Part shown: piece after piece, positions 49,710-60,238 of the stretch
Numbering within the stretch: position 1 is the first letter of the stretch
Layout: each line of letters begins with the position of its first letter
DNA from: Patescibacteria group bacterium
Lineage (GTDB): Bacteria > Patescibacteriota > Patescibacteriia > UBA9934 > GWF2-40-263
Reading direction: 5' to 3'
Length of the DNA: 64,000 nt
Assembly: GCA_041661745.1 (NCBI GenBank)
Contig: JBAZTR010000001.1
Coordinates: 79,740-143,739 of the forward strand
Position numbers and translations under genes: made by a program
The notes under the pieces: model-generated
What the model saw: only the letters and a program-made list of their open reading frames with translations
Told to the model about the DNA's origin: nothing
The model's database searches: none

Positions 49710-50236
49710 TCCGTGTTTTTGTTTCAGCTCTTGTCTTTTTGCTTTTGGTTGCTTTGGAATTTTCTTTTTTTAACAGTTTGCCTTTACCTTTTTTTTCCGT
49801 TCCTTTAATTTTTGCCTGCGGTCTTTATTTTTTTCAGCATCTTGGTTCAAGCGTTGGTTTGTGGTGGTTGTTAGCCCTGGGGATTTATTTGGATTTTTAT
49901 CATTTAGGTTTGGTGTTTGGCGAAACGTTTATTTATGGCGTCACGGTTTTGTTTGTGATTCTCCTTGGCCGCCGACTTTTCACTAACCGCTCTTTTTACG
50001 GAGTAGTCGGCAATGCCGTGTTGTCTTTATGGTTTCTTCACTTGGTTCAATTCACTTGGTTTTTTATTGGAACCTTTAATCAGGATATTCCTTTTCCTTG
50101 GTGGTCGACGTTTATTTTTGTATTTTGGCAAACCGTTTTCTTATTTTTGTTAATAACAATTTTATTTTTTCTGGCTCGACGCGTCAGTCTCTTCTTCCAC
50201 CGCTTGCTTATCGTGCCGAATCGGGAAAACTTGTAA
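49706..50236 (+). CDS. mreD: MreD-like membrane protein
   Basis: Multi-TM, GIYLD; lies between mreC and mrdA. Confidence 0.65.
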   Translation: MIRVFVSALVFLLLVALEFSFFNSLPLPFFSVPLIFACGLYFFQHLGSSVGLWWLLALGIYLDFYHLGLVFGETFIYGVTVLFVILLGRRLFTNRSFYGVVGNAVLSLWFLHLVQFTWFFIGTFNQDIPFPWWSTFIFVFWQTVFLFLLITILFFLARRVSLFFHRLLIVPNRENL

Positions 50237-50239
50237 CCT

Positions 50240-52183
50240 GTGTTTTTCTTTTGGCCAAAAAAAAATAAAAACAAAGCTCGTATCTTTGCCGATGGCGAGA
50301 CTAATTTTGGTTTCTTATCGCGCTATGATCGTTCGCTTGAGGAAGCGGCTTCGGCTGTGCCAGGCTCGGCTATTTCTTCCGGTCGTCTTTTAGGTTTATC
50401 AATTACCCCGTGGGCTTTTCGAATTGGTTTTTTCCTTTCAATCTTTTGTCTAATTCTTTTGGCCGGCCGCGCTTTTCAGTTGCAAATAATTAATGGTCAC
50501 GGATATCGGCAACAAGCCGAAGAAAATCGTTTTCAAATTCTTACCATGCCCGCCGAACGCGGGGTTATTTTCGATCGAACCGGTATTGTTTTAACCGAAA
50601 ACGCTCCGGCTTTTACTTTAACCATGATGATTTCCGAATTATCCGAGGATAAAACTCAGCGCGAAAAAGTTTTTAATAGAGTGGCCGAACTTACCGGCTT
50701 GCAGCCGGCTGACTTTGATCTGTTTTTACAAGAATACGCCGCTGTTCCGACCGAAGAAATAATTGTCGAAAAATCTTTGAGTTACGAACGAGCTTTGTTG
50801 TTTATGGTTGAAGAAGAAAATCTCCCGGGTTTTTCTGTCCGTTTGGCCACCAAACGACAATATGAATCCTCGGCTGTTTCTTTATCTCACGTCCTTGGTT
50901 ATACGGGAAAAATAAATGTCGAGGAATTTGCCGAACTGGAAAATTCCGGTTATCGGCGAACCGATGAAATCGGCAAAACCGGCATTGAAGCCAGCTGGGA
51001 AACGGCCCTGCGTGGTCAGCCCGGCCGACGTTTGGTTGAGGTTGATGCTTCGGGTAACGAAACGGCGATTTTTTCCGAAGAAGCGGCTGTCAAAGGTTCG
51101 GCTGTCACGCTTTCAATTGACCTGGAATTGCAAAAAGTTGTTGAGCAATATTTATCCGAAGCCGCAAAAAAAATTAATCGCTCGCGAGCCAGTGCTGTGG
51201 TAATGAACCCAAACAACGGCGAAGTTCTGGCTTTGGTAAGTCTGCCTTCTTACGACAGCAATCTTTTTTCCGGCGGTATTGATAAGGAAAGTTACGTTGC
51301 TTTGTCCGAGAACCCCAATCAGCCTTTATTTCCGCGAGCCACGGCCGGGGAATTTCCTTCAGGTTCAATTTTTAAACCTTATGTGGCCGCCGCGGCTTTG
51401 ACCGAAGGAATTATTACCCCAACCACTTCTTTTCTTTCAACCGGCGGATTAACCATTGGCCAATGGTTTTTTCCCGACTGGAAAGCCGGCGGTCACGGTA
51501 TTACCAACGTTCGCAAAGCCTTGGCTGAATCGGTTAACACCTTCTTTTATACGATCGGTGGCGGTTATGACTCTTTTACCGGTTTGGGGGTGGAAAAAAT
51601 TACCGACTACGCCAGAATTTTCGGCTTTGGCCAAAAAACGGGAATTGATTTAACCGGCGAAGCCGATGGTTTTCTTCCTTCAAAAATTTGGAAAGAAACT
51701 ACCAAGGGCGAACGTTGGTATGTTGGTGACACTTATCATTTAGCAATTGGCCAGGGCGATCTTCTGGTTACACCAATCCAAATGGCCGCCGCCCTTTCTG
51801 TTCTTGCCAATGGTGGTACCAAGTACACGCCGCATCTGGTGATGGAAGTTGATGACCAGCCGGTTTATCTCCCAAACGAAACTCTTTCAATTCCTTTAAA
51901 AGAGGCGATTGAGGTGGTTCGTGAAGGTATGCGACAAGCCGTTACCAGCGGTAGTGCCATTAGACTTAATTCGCTACCAATAACTTCGGCCGGTAAAACC
52001 GGTACGGCCCAAATTGGCGGGACCGAGGAAACCCACGCCTGGTTTACCGGTTTTGCCCCTTATGACAATCCCGAGATAGCTGTGGTAATATTGATTGAAG
52101 AGGGCGGGGAAGGTTCGTCCACAGCCGTGCCAGTCGCGGAAAACATTTTTCGGTGGTGGTATAACAACCGCTCAATAAAATAA
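50240..52183 (+). CDS. mrdA: Penicillin-binding protein 2
   Basis: SIFK (SxxK), SVN (SxN), KTGTAQ. Confidence 0.93.
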   Translation: MFFFWPKKNKNKARIFADGETNFGFLSRYDRSLEEAASAVPGSAISSGRLLGLSITPWAFRIGFFLSIFCLILLAGRAFQLQIINGHGYRQQAEENRFQILTMPAERGVIFDRTGIVLTENAPAFTLTMMISELSEDKTQREKVFNRVAELTGLQPADFDLFLQEYAAVPTEEIIVEKSLSYERALLFMVEEENLPGFSVRLATKRQYESSAVSLSHVLGYTGKINVEEFAELENSGYRRTDEIGKTGIEASWETALRGQPGRRLVEVDASGNETAIFSEEAAVKGSAVTLSIDLELQKVVEQYLSEAAKKINRSRASAVVMNPNNGEVLALVSLPSYDSNLFSGGIDKESYVALSENPNQPLFPRATAGEFPSGSIFKPYVAAAALTEGIITPTTSFLSTGGLTIGQWFFPDWKAGGHGITNVRKALAESVNTFFYTIGGGYDSFTGLGVEKITDYARIFGFGQKTGIDLTGEADGFLPSKIWKETTKGERWYVGDTYHLAIGQGDLLVTPIQMAAALSVLANGGTKYTPHLVMEVDDQPVYLPNETLSIPLKEAIEVVREGMRQAVTSGSAIRLNSLPITSAGKTGTAQIGGTEETHAWFTGFAPYDNPEIAVVILIEEGGEGSSTAVPVAENIFRWWYNNRSIK

Positions 52184-52190
52184 AAAAACT

Positions 52191-52721
52191 ATGTCAGGAA
52201 TCGGCGATTTTTTTCGAAGACTCTCCAGTCAATTACCCGAAGTTCAAGAACAAGAGGTTGGTTTGAACGATCTGCCAACAAGGGAAACTCCTTTGGCACG
52301 CCCGGAAAAAGTTACAAAAAAAGATAAAGAAGAACGTTCAAGGCTTCTTACAGAATATTTTTCAAGATTTCCTGGGGTAACTTCACGGTTGGAGAAAATG
52401 CATACAGCCGGGCTTAGCAACCGTGAAATTTCCGAAAAATTGGTTGATGATTTTGCTCGTGTTCAAGAGCAGTATTTTCAACTGGTTTCGATTTTACCAA
52501 AAAATTCACGCCGGCTTCTGCCGCCTTTTCTAAAAAAAGATTGGGAAACCTTAGATTTCCAAAAATTTTTAGATAATAATCCCTTTGCCGATGAAGATTC
52601 CGCCACAAGGTTTTTTACCAGAGCAGATAATCTTTCCACTCTAGCTTTCAAAATTGATGCGGTTATAAATGACTTATCTATTGAAGAAGCCACAACCAAG
52701 GCTAAAAAAGCCGCCGCTTGA
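52191..52721 (+). CDS. Hypothetical protein
   Basis: 176-aa ORF. Confidence 0.7.
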   Translation: MSGIGDFFRRLSSQLPEVQEQEVGLNDLPTRETPLARPEKVTKKDKEERSRLLTEYFSRFPGVTSRLEKMHTAGLSNREISEKLVDDFARVQEQYFQLVSILPKNSRRLLPPFLKKDWETLDFQKFLDNNPFADEDSATRFFTRADNLSTLAFKIDAVINDLSIEEATTKAKKAAA

Positions 52722-52852
52722 TTGTTTTTATCCACATCCATCCAACATTGACTTTAGCTCCTTTTGCCGATACGATTAATTTACCTGAAAAGTACGCTCG
52801 TGGCTTATAGTCACGGGTGTATCTTTTAAGGGCATTTTTTGTTAAAATCACT

Positions 52853-53308
52853 ATGTCCACATTTGTTTCCAGTCAAGGTCTTGAAGATTTAAAAAAAGAA
52901 TTTGCCGAGCGTAAAAGCATTACGCGGCCGGAGATTGCTCAAAAAATTTCCTCAGCCAAAGAACTTGGCGATCTTTCCGAAAATTTTGAGTATCACGAGG
53001 CCAAGGAACAACAAGGTCAAAACGAGTCACGGATTATGGAACTGGAACAAATGATTCGTGAAGCGGTTTTGGTTCAACAAAAAACCGGTGGCGTTACTTT
53101 GTCACTTGGTTGTACTTTCACGGCCGAAAAAGACGGCACCAAAAAAGTTTTCCAATTGGTTGGCTCAAGCGAGGCTAATCCGCTTGAAGGTAAAATCAGC
53201 AACGAATCGCCTATGGGCCAAGCTTTTTTAGGTCACATAATTGGTGATGTTGTGGAAATTACCACCCCGGCCGGCATTGTTAAATATAAAATTATTGAAA
53301 TAAAGTAG
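52853..53308 (+). CDS. greA: Transcription elongation factor GreA (start reassigned to 52853)
   Basis: GDLSENFEYHEAK, ISNESPMG. Confidence 0.95.
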   Translation: MSTFVSSQGLEDLKKEFAERKSITRPEIAQKISSAKELGDLSENFEYHEAKEQQGQNESRIMELEQMIREAVLVQQKTGGVTLSLGCTFTAEKDGTKKVFQLVGSSEANPLEGKISNESPMGQAFLGHIIGDVVEITTPAGIVKYKIIEIK

Positions 53309-53309
53309 T

Positions 53310-53403
53310 GTTACGAAACTACAAAAAAACACGAAACAACGAAATTGTGTTGGCTACGGAAATTCGTCTTTCGTAGTTTAGTGGTTTTTCGCAGTTTCGT
53401 AAC
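53310..53403. repeat. Hairpin with 9-nt periodic arms
   Basis: GTTACGAAAC TACAAAAAA ACACGAAAC AACGAAA ... TTTCGTAG TTTAGTGGT TTTTCGCAG TTTCGTAAC. Confidence 0.8.
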
Positions 53404-53414
53404 CCATAAAAAAT

Positions 53415-54881
53415 ATGACTGAAGAAGAAGTCGTCCGTCGCGAACGGCTGCAAAAAATTCGTGAGGCCGGTAACGATCCGTATCCGGCGCGGGTCAAGCG
53501 CACACGCAAGGTCGCTGAATTTTTAAATCTGTTTGAGGAAATCGAAAAAAACGGCGAAGTTGTGACTTTGGTCGGTCGGGTTTTGGCCATTCGTGTGCAC
53601 GGCGGATTATCTTTTATACATATTGAGGACGGCAGTGAAAAAATGCAGTTGGTTTTTAAAAAAGATCATTTAGGCGAAGAGCATTACCAGGCTTTTAAAG
53701 ACACGCTAGACATGGGTGATTTTGTCGAAGTTACTGGCCGCACTTTTACCACGCAAAAAGGTGAAAAATCTTTAGCTGCCGATAGTTATCGGGTCATTGC
53801 CAAATCACTTTTGCCAATGCCGGAAAAGTGGCACGGCTTGGTGGACCAAGAAATTCGTTATCGCCAACGCTATCTTGATTTGATGTCAAACGAAGAGGTG
53901 CGTCATATTTTCCGAATTCGCTCGGCTGTTCTTTCGGCTATGCGTAAATTTTTAGACGAACACGGTTACATGGAAGTGGAAACGCCTATTTTACAATCTA
54001 TTCCCGGTGGCGCGGCCGCCAGGCCTTTTACCACCCACCACAACGCGCTTAATGCTGATTTGTATTTACGCATTGCTCCAGAGCTTTATCTGAAACGTTT
54101 GTTGGTCGGTGGTTTCGAGCGGGTGTACGAAGTCTCCCGATGTTTCAGAAACGAAGGTATCGATCACTCGCACAATCCAGAATTTACACAAATCGAAGGT
54201 TATGCCGCGTACATGGATTATCAGGAGCAAATGACTCTAATGGAAGAATTAATGCTTGTAGCCATTAAAGCGGCCGGTCGCGAGGTAAACGCCGTGCCAT
54301 TTAAAGGACAGGTTTTGGATTTTTCCGCGCCCTGGACTCGTTTAACTTTCCGTGATGCCGTTTTAAAATTTACCTCAATTGATATTGAAGACTATCCCGA
54401 CAAAGAATCTTTAACTAAAATAATGGAAGAAAAAAATCTTGAAGTTGATCCCGGGGCTTCGTACGGCACACTCCTCGACAATCTTTACAAACAAACGGTT
54501 CGCCCGGCCATTGTTCAACCGACTTATGTTTACGATTATCCGGCGGCCATTTCGCCACTGGTAAAACGTAAGGAAGGCGACCCGCGTTACATTGAAATGT
54601 TCCAGCTGGTTTACGGGGGCGGGGAAGAAAACATTAAAGCCTTTTCCGAACTTAACGATCCAATTGATCAAGAAGCGCGTTTTGACGAACAAACCGCAGC
54701 GCGGGCCACGGGTGATGAGGAAGCACAATTTTCCGACCCTGATTACGTCGTGGCCATGAAGCACGGCATGCCGCCCAATGGTGGTTTTGGGATTGGCATC
54801 GACCGTTTAATCGCCATGTTGACCGATGCCCCTAATTTAAAAGAAGTTATTTTATTTCCAACCCTGCGACCGGAAGAATAA
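53415..54881 (+). CDS. lysS: Lysyl-tRNA synthetase class II
   Basis: YRQRYLDL, LRIAPELYLKRL, FRNEG, GIGIDRL. Confidence 0.97.
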   Translation: MTEEEVVRRERLQKIREAGNDPYPARVKRTRKVAEFLNLFEEIEKNGEVVTLVGRVLAIRVHGGLSFIHIEDGSEKMQLVFKKDHLGEEHYQAFKDTLDMGDFVEVTGRTFTTQKGEKSLAADSYRVIAKSLLPMPEKWHGLVDQEIRYRQRYLDLMSNEEVRHIFRIRSAVLSAMRKFLDEHGYMEVETPILQSIPGGAAARPFTTHHNALNADLYLRIAPELYLKRLLVGGFERVYEVSRCFRNEGIDHSHNPEFTQIEGYAAYMDYQEQMTLMEELMLVAIKAAGREVNAVPFKGQVLDFSAPWTRLTFRDAVLKFTSIDIEDYPDKESLTKIMEEKNLEVDPGASYGTLLDNLYKQTVRPAIVQPTYVYDYPAAISPLVKRKEGDPRYIEMFQLVYGGGEENIKAFSELNDPIDQEARFDEQTAARATGDEEAQFSDPDYVVAMKHGMPPNGGFGIGIDRLIAMLTDAPNLKEVILFPTLRPEE

Positions 54882-54891
54882 TAGAAGAATA

Positions 54892-54923
54892 AAAAAATCC
54901 GTGAAAGACCTCACGGATTTTTT
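54892..54923. terminator. Bidirectional terminator
   Basis: AAAAATCCGTG AAAGACCT CACGGATTTTT. Confidence 0.75.
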
Positions 54924-54930
54924 GTCTGGT

Positions 54931-57300
54931 TTAATACCCGGAATTTTCGATTATTTTTTCCAATAAATCTCTTGGAGAAATTGACGGATCTTCGGCCAAA
55001 CCTTGTTGGTATAAAACCGTTGATGGCGTTAGGGCAGGGAGGCTGTTAATTTCAATCAGTCGCAGATTACCGGTTCGTGTGTTCATAAAAGCGTCAATTC
55101 TTGCGTAATCTTTAAGGCCAATTTCAGCGGCCAGCTCTTCCATTGCGGTTTTAACCTTTTTTATCAACGCCGGTTTCATCAAACTAGCCGGCGGCGGCGT
55201 AATATTAACTCCTGTCCCGCCTTGGAATTTTTCTTCGACCGAAAGAACTTCGCCGTCGGCAATAGTTACACTGGGATTAAAAGCGTGAAATTTTCCGTTT
55301 TTTTCAATTACACCAACCGTTGTTTCTAACCAACCGGTCTTTTTGTAATGTTTTAGACGATTATTTTTTACTTTAAGAATATCGGTCTCGATAAAAGTTT
55401 CAAAAAGTAGATCTTCCGGCGTAACCGTCGGCATTTCAATAATCCCTGTTTGGTTTCTAAAAGTATTTTTAGGAATAGAAGCAGAACAATTCGCGAGAGC
55501 TTGTCGATATTTATCTAAATCATCACAAGAAAAAAGATGAACCACCCCGGTGGAGCAACCATCGGCTCGCGGTTTAACCACTAAAGTTTTGGCTTTCAGA
55601 TCCTTTTTAAGCTGATGCCAGAAATTTTTTAATTCACCATTTTTGAGCAAGAGAAGATCAGAAGTTTTTATAAGTTTTTTAGGAATAGCCGAAATATTTT
55701 TTATGGGATTTTTATTAAGTTTTTCCGCGGTTTCCCATTTATCCATACATAATCTGGAAACAATCTCATTTGAACCGTTAAACTTAACGCCTTTCTCTGC
55801 CATAATTTTCTGCAAGCGACCGTCTTCACCGAAGGCGCCGTGTAAAGCATTAAAGACGAATTCCGATCCTTTAATAAAATTTTCTAAAGACATCTTTTGT
55901 GGCTCGCCAAAGCCTTCGTTTTCATTCATTTCAGATAAACCCAAACGCATTCGTGACCGTTCTTCAAAAGCTTTCAAACGACGTTTGGCCGCCTCATATT
56001 TTTCACAGTTTTCCGCGATTTCCTCGACCGTGTGGTTTAGGGCCAGTTGATAAGGTAGCCGCCAAACATTTCCTTTAGTGTCCCAAAGAAACGGTTGTGG
56101 CCGATATTTGTTCGAACCCCTTAGCTTCAACCAAACATTGGTGCCACTCATAAGCGAAACTTGTCGTTCCGAGGTTTGACCACCGAAAAGAACATTAATT
56201 TCTTTTTTGTTTGTTTTATTCTTATGACCGTCACTTTCGGGGAATTTGATATTTTGTCGCCGACAGGCACTGGAAAGAACATGCTGTAAAAATCCGGCGT
56301 GGGTTAGGCCAACCCGGGAAGATTGTTGAAAAACAAAACTGTTTTGTTCCATGCCACTGATTGGGTTAAAATCACAAAACCAAATTCGACCATCTGGTAA
56401 AACCCAACCGTCGAATCGACCAAAATCATGCATGCCGAAAAGAGCGAAAATCTGTTCAGCTTGGGCTTGAATTTTATCAATAGTTTTGTCATCAAATCTT
56501 GGCGGGCAATGATAAACGACTTGGCGAGTCGGTAAATATTTTTTTCTGAAATCAAAAATTTGATGTTTGGTGTAGTCGGTTTCAATTTCCGTCGGCGGCA
56601 AGGCCACGGGCAAGCCAAAACGATTTTCCAAAATAATTACGGTAAATTCCGTTCCCTGAGCAAATGGCTCAATGACCACCCGAGTGTCCATTCGTTTGGA
56701 AAAAAGATAAGTCGCTTTCTCTAAAGCTTCGGTTGGGGTGGAAACGGAGAAGACGCCGATGCTTGATCCACTCGTCGCTGGTTTAACTATTGCTCTAGTG
56801 ATGGCATGATCATGGAAAAAATTATCAATTATCTTTTTGTGATCATTGTGAAAGATTTTTAAAACCGTCGAAGGTAGAGTAAAAAAACCGTGTTGACCAA
56901 TGAATTGGTTGGAGGTGAATTTGTCAAAAGCCAGTTTACAGGCCGTGGAACCAGATCCGATGAAAGGTATTTTGTTTTTTTCCAAAAAAGCTTGCAATGT
57001 ACCGTCTTCGCCAAATTGCCCGTGAATAACCGGAAACACCATGTCCGCCTCTCGAAGAAATTTAATTAAACCATCGTCGGTCATCGGTTTAGTTGTTTGC
57101 TGAAGTTTAAAATCGAAATCCGAGGGGGTATTACAATAAAGTTGGGCTTGAGAGATTTTATAGGCTTGCCGCGCGGTATTAAAGTAAATCGGAACAACCT
57201 CTATTTCCTTGCCGGACAGATGGTCAAGGACAGATCTGGCGGAATTTAGGGAAATACCTCGCTCCAAGGACGGCCCGCCGCAGAGGACAACCACTTTCAT
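54931..57300 (-). CDS. ddl: Tandem two-domain D-Ala-D-Ala ligase-like protein
   Basis: Two ATP-grasp units: GGPSLER..HGQFGEDG..GSSIG..DFNPISG and GGQTSER..HGAFGEDG..GCSTG..EINSLPA. Confidence 0.85.
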   Translation of the reverse strand: MKVVVLCGGPSLERGISLNSARSVLDHLSGKEIEVVPIYFNTARQAYKISQAQLYCNTPSDFDFKLQQTTKPMTDDGLIKFLREADMVFPVIHGQFGEDGTLQAFLEKNKIPFIGSGSTACKLAFDKFTSNQFIGQHGFFTLPSTVLKIFHNDHKKIIDNFFHDHAITRAIVKPATSGSSIGVFSVSTPTEALEKATYLFSKRMDTRVVIEPFAQGTEFTVIILENRFGLPVALPPTEIETDYTKHQIFDFRKKYLPTRQVVYHCPPRFDDKTIDKIQAQAEQIFALFGMHDFGRFDGWVLPDGRIWFCDFNPISGMEQNSFVFQQSSRVGLTHAGFLQHVLSSACRRQNIKFPESDGHKNKTNKKEINVLFGGQTSERQVSLMSGTNVWLKLRGSNKYRPQPFLWDTKGNVWRLPYQLALNHTVEEIAENCEKYEAAKRRLKAFEERSRMRLGLSEMNENEGFGEPQKMSLENFIKGSEFVFNALHGAFGEDGRLQKIMAEKGVKFNGSNEIVSRLCMDKWETAEKLNKNPIKNISAIPKKLIKTSDLLLLKNGELKNFWHQLKKDLKAKTLVVKPRADGCSTGVVHLFSCDDLDKYRQALANCSASIPKNTFRNQTGIIEMPTVTPEDLLFETFIETDILKVKNNRLKHYKKTGWLETTVGVIEKNGKFHAFNPSVTIADGEVLSVEEKFQGGTGVNITPPPASLMKPALIKKVKTAMEELAAEIGLKDYARIDAFMNTRTGNLRLIEINSLPALTPSTVLYQQGLAEDPSISPRDLLEKIIENSGY

Positions 57301-57466
57301 ATTGATAAAAACAATTAAGTTAATTTATGCTTACTTTAGACGATTTTTGTCTTAGAAGTCAAATCAACTGTGGATATCAAGTAAAAGTTGCGAATTTTTA
57401 AGTTAAAAAATTTCACCACCTTTCCTATTGGCAAAATCCAAAAAAATCGTTAAAATAGGCAGGCGT

Positions 57467-58375
57467 ATGTGGTTCAAGCGCCAAAAAGGACGCCGCAATT
57501 TTTTCCGCAAAGTTCAAACCGAGCCGTATCAGGCGCGTCGTTTTAAAAATCCATACTTTCAACAAGTCTCTAAAAAATCAAAATGGCCTTTTGCCATTGC
57601 CGGGATTGTTTTAGGCTTGACCATCGCCTTATTCAGTTTCTTCTTTACCGCGCCAATTTTTACCATCACCTCTGTTCGCGTTGAAGGGGCCGAAACCATC
57701 AATCCAAAAGAAATTCGCACGATTGTCGAAGACCATCTTAATTCTTCGGCATTTTTAATTTTCAAAAAGAACAATCGTTTTTTGTCAGACAAGGATGAAA
57801 TAAAAGAAAAACTGGAAAAAGATTATTCCTTTTCCTCACTCGAAATAAAGAGGGAAGGGCATACCCTGGCAGTAATCTTAAAAGAAAAAGTTTCTTCATT
57901 CCTTTGGCAGTCTGGCGGTGTTTCGTATCTTTTAGATAATACCGGCGCGGTTATTCGAACCACTTTACCCGAAGAAACCACAAGTATCATGAACCCGCCA
58001 TTGCTTTATGGTGCAACCAAAGACGGAAGTTTAATGCCAGAGCTCATAAAGATCCTAGTGTTTAAGGACCTGGCTGATAAACCAGTGGAAATTGGCCAAG
58101 TTGCCCTAACCGAAAATGAAGTAAAAAATATTCGTTCGTTTTTTGATGCCATGCTGGCCTCAGGTATTTCCATTGAAGCTTTTGAACTTAATCGTGATGT
58201 TGGGACCTGGTTTAAGGCAGTTACTCGCAATGGCTACGATATTTTATTGGATCCGGATGGTGATATTTTAAAACAAGCTGATAGCGTGCTTATAATTCTC
58301 CGTGAACAAATAAAGGATCCATCAGTCCTGGAATACATTGATGTTCGCTTCGGAGATCATGTATACTATAAATAA
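57467..58375 (+). CDS. FtsQ/DivIB-like POTRA protein (start 57467 or 57428)
   Basis: Single TM, FTITSVRVEG, terminal EYIDVRFGDHVYYK. Confidence 0.8.
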   Translation: MWFKRQKGRRNFFRKVQTEPYQARRFKNPYFQQVSKKSKWPFAIAGIVLGLTIALFSFFFTAPIFTITSVRVEGAETINPKEIRTIVEDHLNSSAFLIFKKNNRFLSDKDEIKEKLEKDYSFSSLEIKREGHTLAVILKEKVSSFLWQSGGVSYLLDNTGAVIRTTLPEETTSIMNPPLLYGATKDGSLMPELIKILVFKDLADKPVEIGQVALTENEVKNIRSFFDAMLASGISIEAFELNRDVGTWFKAVTRNGYDILLDPDGDILKQADSVLIILREQIKDPSVLEYIDVRFGDHVYYK

Positions 58376-58397
58376 CAATTTTTAAAAGTGGAGGAAT

Positions 58398-59624
58398 ATG
58401 AATCTTTTTCATTACTATCTTTCCAACATGTTCGTTGGTCTTTCCAAAGAACAAATCAGCTCTTTATCTGGCAAAATCTTAAGAGCCGATGATCAGTTGG
58501 AAAAAATCAAACAGTCTGGCAAACAAGGTTTTTTCGATTTACCTTTCGACAAGGTTGGTTTGAAGATTATCGAACAAAAAGCTAAGGCCGTACAAAAAAA
58601 ATTCAAGCGGCTTATCGTTATTGGTATTGGCGGTTCGGACCTCGGAGCCCGAGCTATTTGGCAAGCTGTGCCTGGCGACAAAATGGAACTGATTTTTTTA
58701 AGCAATCCTGATCCTGACACCGTTGCCGCTGTTCTAAGTTTGCCGGCCAAGGAATGGAAAAAAACCGCCATCAACGTGGTTTCTAAATCAGGCTCAACAC
58801 TTGAAACCATGATTAACTTCATGACTGTCCGTGAGCGTTTAATTCGCTCGGTTGGCTTAAAAAACCACGCGGCGCATATTTTTGTTACCACTGACAAAGG
58901 TAGTCAACTTGAAAGCTGGGCTAAAAAACAAGGTTACGATATTTTAGAACATCCAAAAAATGTCGGCGGACGTTTTTCAGTTCTTTCAGTGGTTGGTTTG
59001 TTTCCAGTGGCTTGCGGCGGTGTGCCGGTCGCCAAACTTTTGGCCGGCGCGCGAACAATCGAAATATTGGAACCAGCCAAATTCGCCGGTCTGCAATTCC
59101 TTCATTATCAAGTTGGAAAGACAATCAACGTCCTAATGCCTTATTCAGATCGTTTAGCTTGCTTTGCTGATTGGTATCGCCAACTGTGGGCCGAGTCACT
59201 CGGGAAAAATCAATTGGGGCCAACACCAGTGGCCGCCTTGGGGGCGATTGATCAACACTCGCAAATTCAGCTGTACAACGAAGGGCCAAATAACAAGACA
59301 ATAACTTTCATAAAAGTTGAAAAGTTTGGAGCTCGTCTTAAAGTTCCCAAAGGCATGCCCGGGCTTGAATACGCCGCCGGAAAAAACTTTTCGGACATAA
59401 TGCACGCCGGGCTTGAAGGAACAATTGGTGCCCTAACTAAAAATAAACGGCCCAGTGCCACTCTTTCCATTCACTCCGTTTCTCCTGAGGCCCTGGGTGC
59501 CTTATTTCAATTCTTCATGATTGCCACGGCCTATGCCGGGGAATTCTACGGCATCAATGCCTACAACCAACCGGGAGTGGAGGAAGGGAAGCGTTTGGCC
59601 AGGCTTCGCCTAGAAAAGAGCTAG
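58398..59624 (+). CDS. pgi: Glucose-6-phosphate isomerase
   Basis: IGIGGSDLG, SKSGST.ET, VGGRFSVLS, QLWAESLGK, NQPGVEEGK. Confidence 0.95.
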   Translation: MNLFHYYLSNMFVGLSKEQISSLSGKILRADDQLEKIKQSGKQGFFDLPFDKVGLKIIEQKAKAVQKKFKRLIVIGIGGSDLGARAIWQAVPGDKMELIFLSNPDPDTVAAVLSLPAKEWKKTAINVVSKSGSTLETMINFMTVRERLIRSVGLKNHAAHIFVTTDKGSQLESWAKKQGYDILEHPKNVGGRFSVLSVVGLFPVACGGVPVAKLLAGARTIEILEPAKFAGLQFLHYQVGKTINVLMPYSDRLACFADWYRQLWAESLGKNQLGPTPVAALGAIDQHSQIQLYNEGPNNKTITFIKVEKFGARLKVPKGMPGLEYAAGKNFSDIMHAGLEGTIGALTKNKRPSATLSIHSVSPEALGALFQFFMIATAYAGEFYGINAYNQPGVEEGKRLARLRLEKS

Positions 59625-59639
59625 ACACCATTATATGCT

Positions 59640-59777
59640 ATGAAAAAAATTAAGCTGCCAATAAGCGGCACAATTAAACCCACACCTGGTCAACCCGTAT
59701 GCATAGGGGCAGCCAAGAAAAACCTCGAGGCTGCTCGCAAAAAAGGAGAAAAGCTGCTACATGAACTGACGGAATAA
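59640..59777 (+). CDS. Possible 45-aa small protein, absent from the ORF track
   Basis: MKKIKLPISGTIKPTPGQPVCIGAAKKNLEAARKKGEKLLHELTE. Confidence 0.3.
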   Translation: MKKIKLPISGTIKPTPGQPVCIGAAKKNLEAARKKGEKLLHELTE

Positions 59778-60133
59778 ATTTTGACAAACACATCGCCTCC
59801 CTTTTTTAATAGCTATACATTTTACGACACAATGCTTTTTCTGTTCAAAGAAAGTGGGGCAGGCAACTTATTATTAATTGTCTGTCTTTTTTATTTTTTA
59901 GGACCACAGGGAAGCCGCTAGCAACAAAATCCGTCTAAGGATTAAAACTCGGATAAAACTTAAAAAACTTTTCCAAGACACTTAAAGATACCTTTGGAGG
60001 GTCGCGGGAAGCGTTTTGAGGGGGTCTAGCTACCTTATAAGAACCTTTAAGAAGGCCTCCAGAACCAGGGCTGAAAATGGATTATAAATTAAAGGTGTAC
60101 TGATACCTCTAATTTCGTATAACGCATTATAGA

Positions 60134-60238
60134 GGCTTGGGTTTATGGCCTGAAAGGCTAGAAATGCCGGATATGCTGGAAAGGCTTTTATATTTTAAAG
60201 TAGCCAAAGCATTTCAGGCCTCTCCGGCCTCTCAAGCC
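60134..60238. repeat. Hairpin with 9-nt periodic arms
   Basis: GCCTGAAAG GCTAGAAAT GCCGGATAT GCTGGAAAG GCT ... GCATTTCAG GCCTCTCCG GCCTCTCAA GCC. Confidence 0.8.

Noticed and set aside
52729-52737. DnaA box suggesting oriC
   Set aside because: Single TTATCCACA and a few scattered near-matches; no cluster
60112-60139. dif site
   Set aside because: XerC-like arm ATTTCGTATAA is present, but only 4 nt precede TTAT and there is no TTATGTTAAAT-like XerD arm
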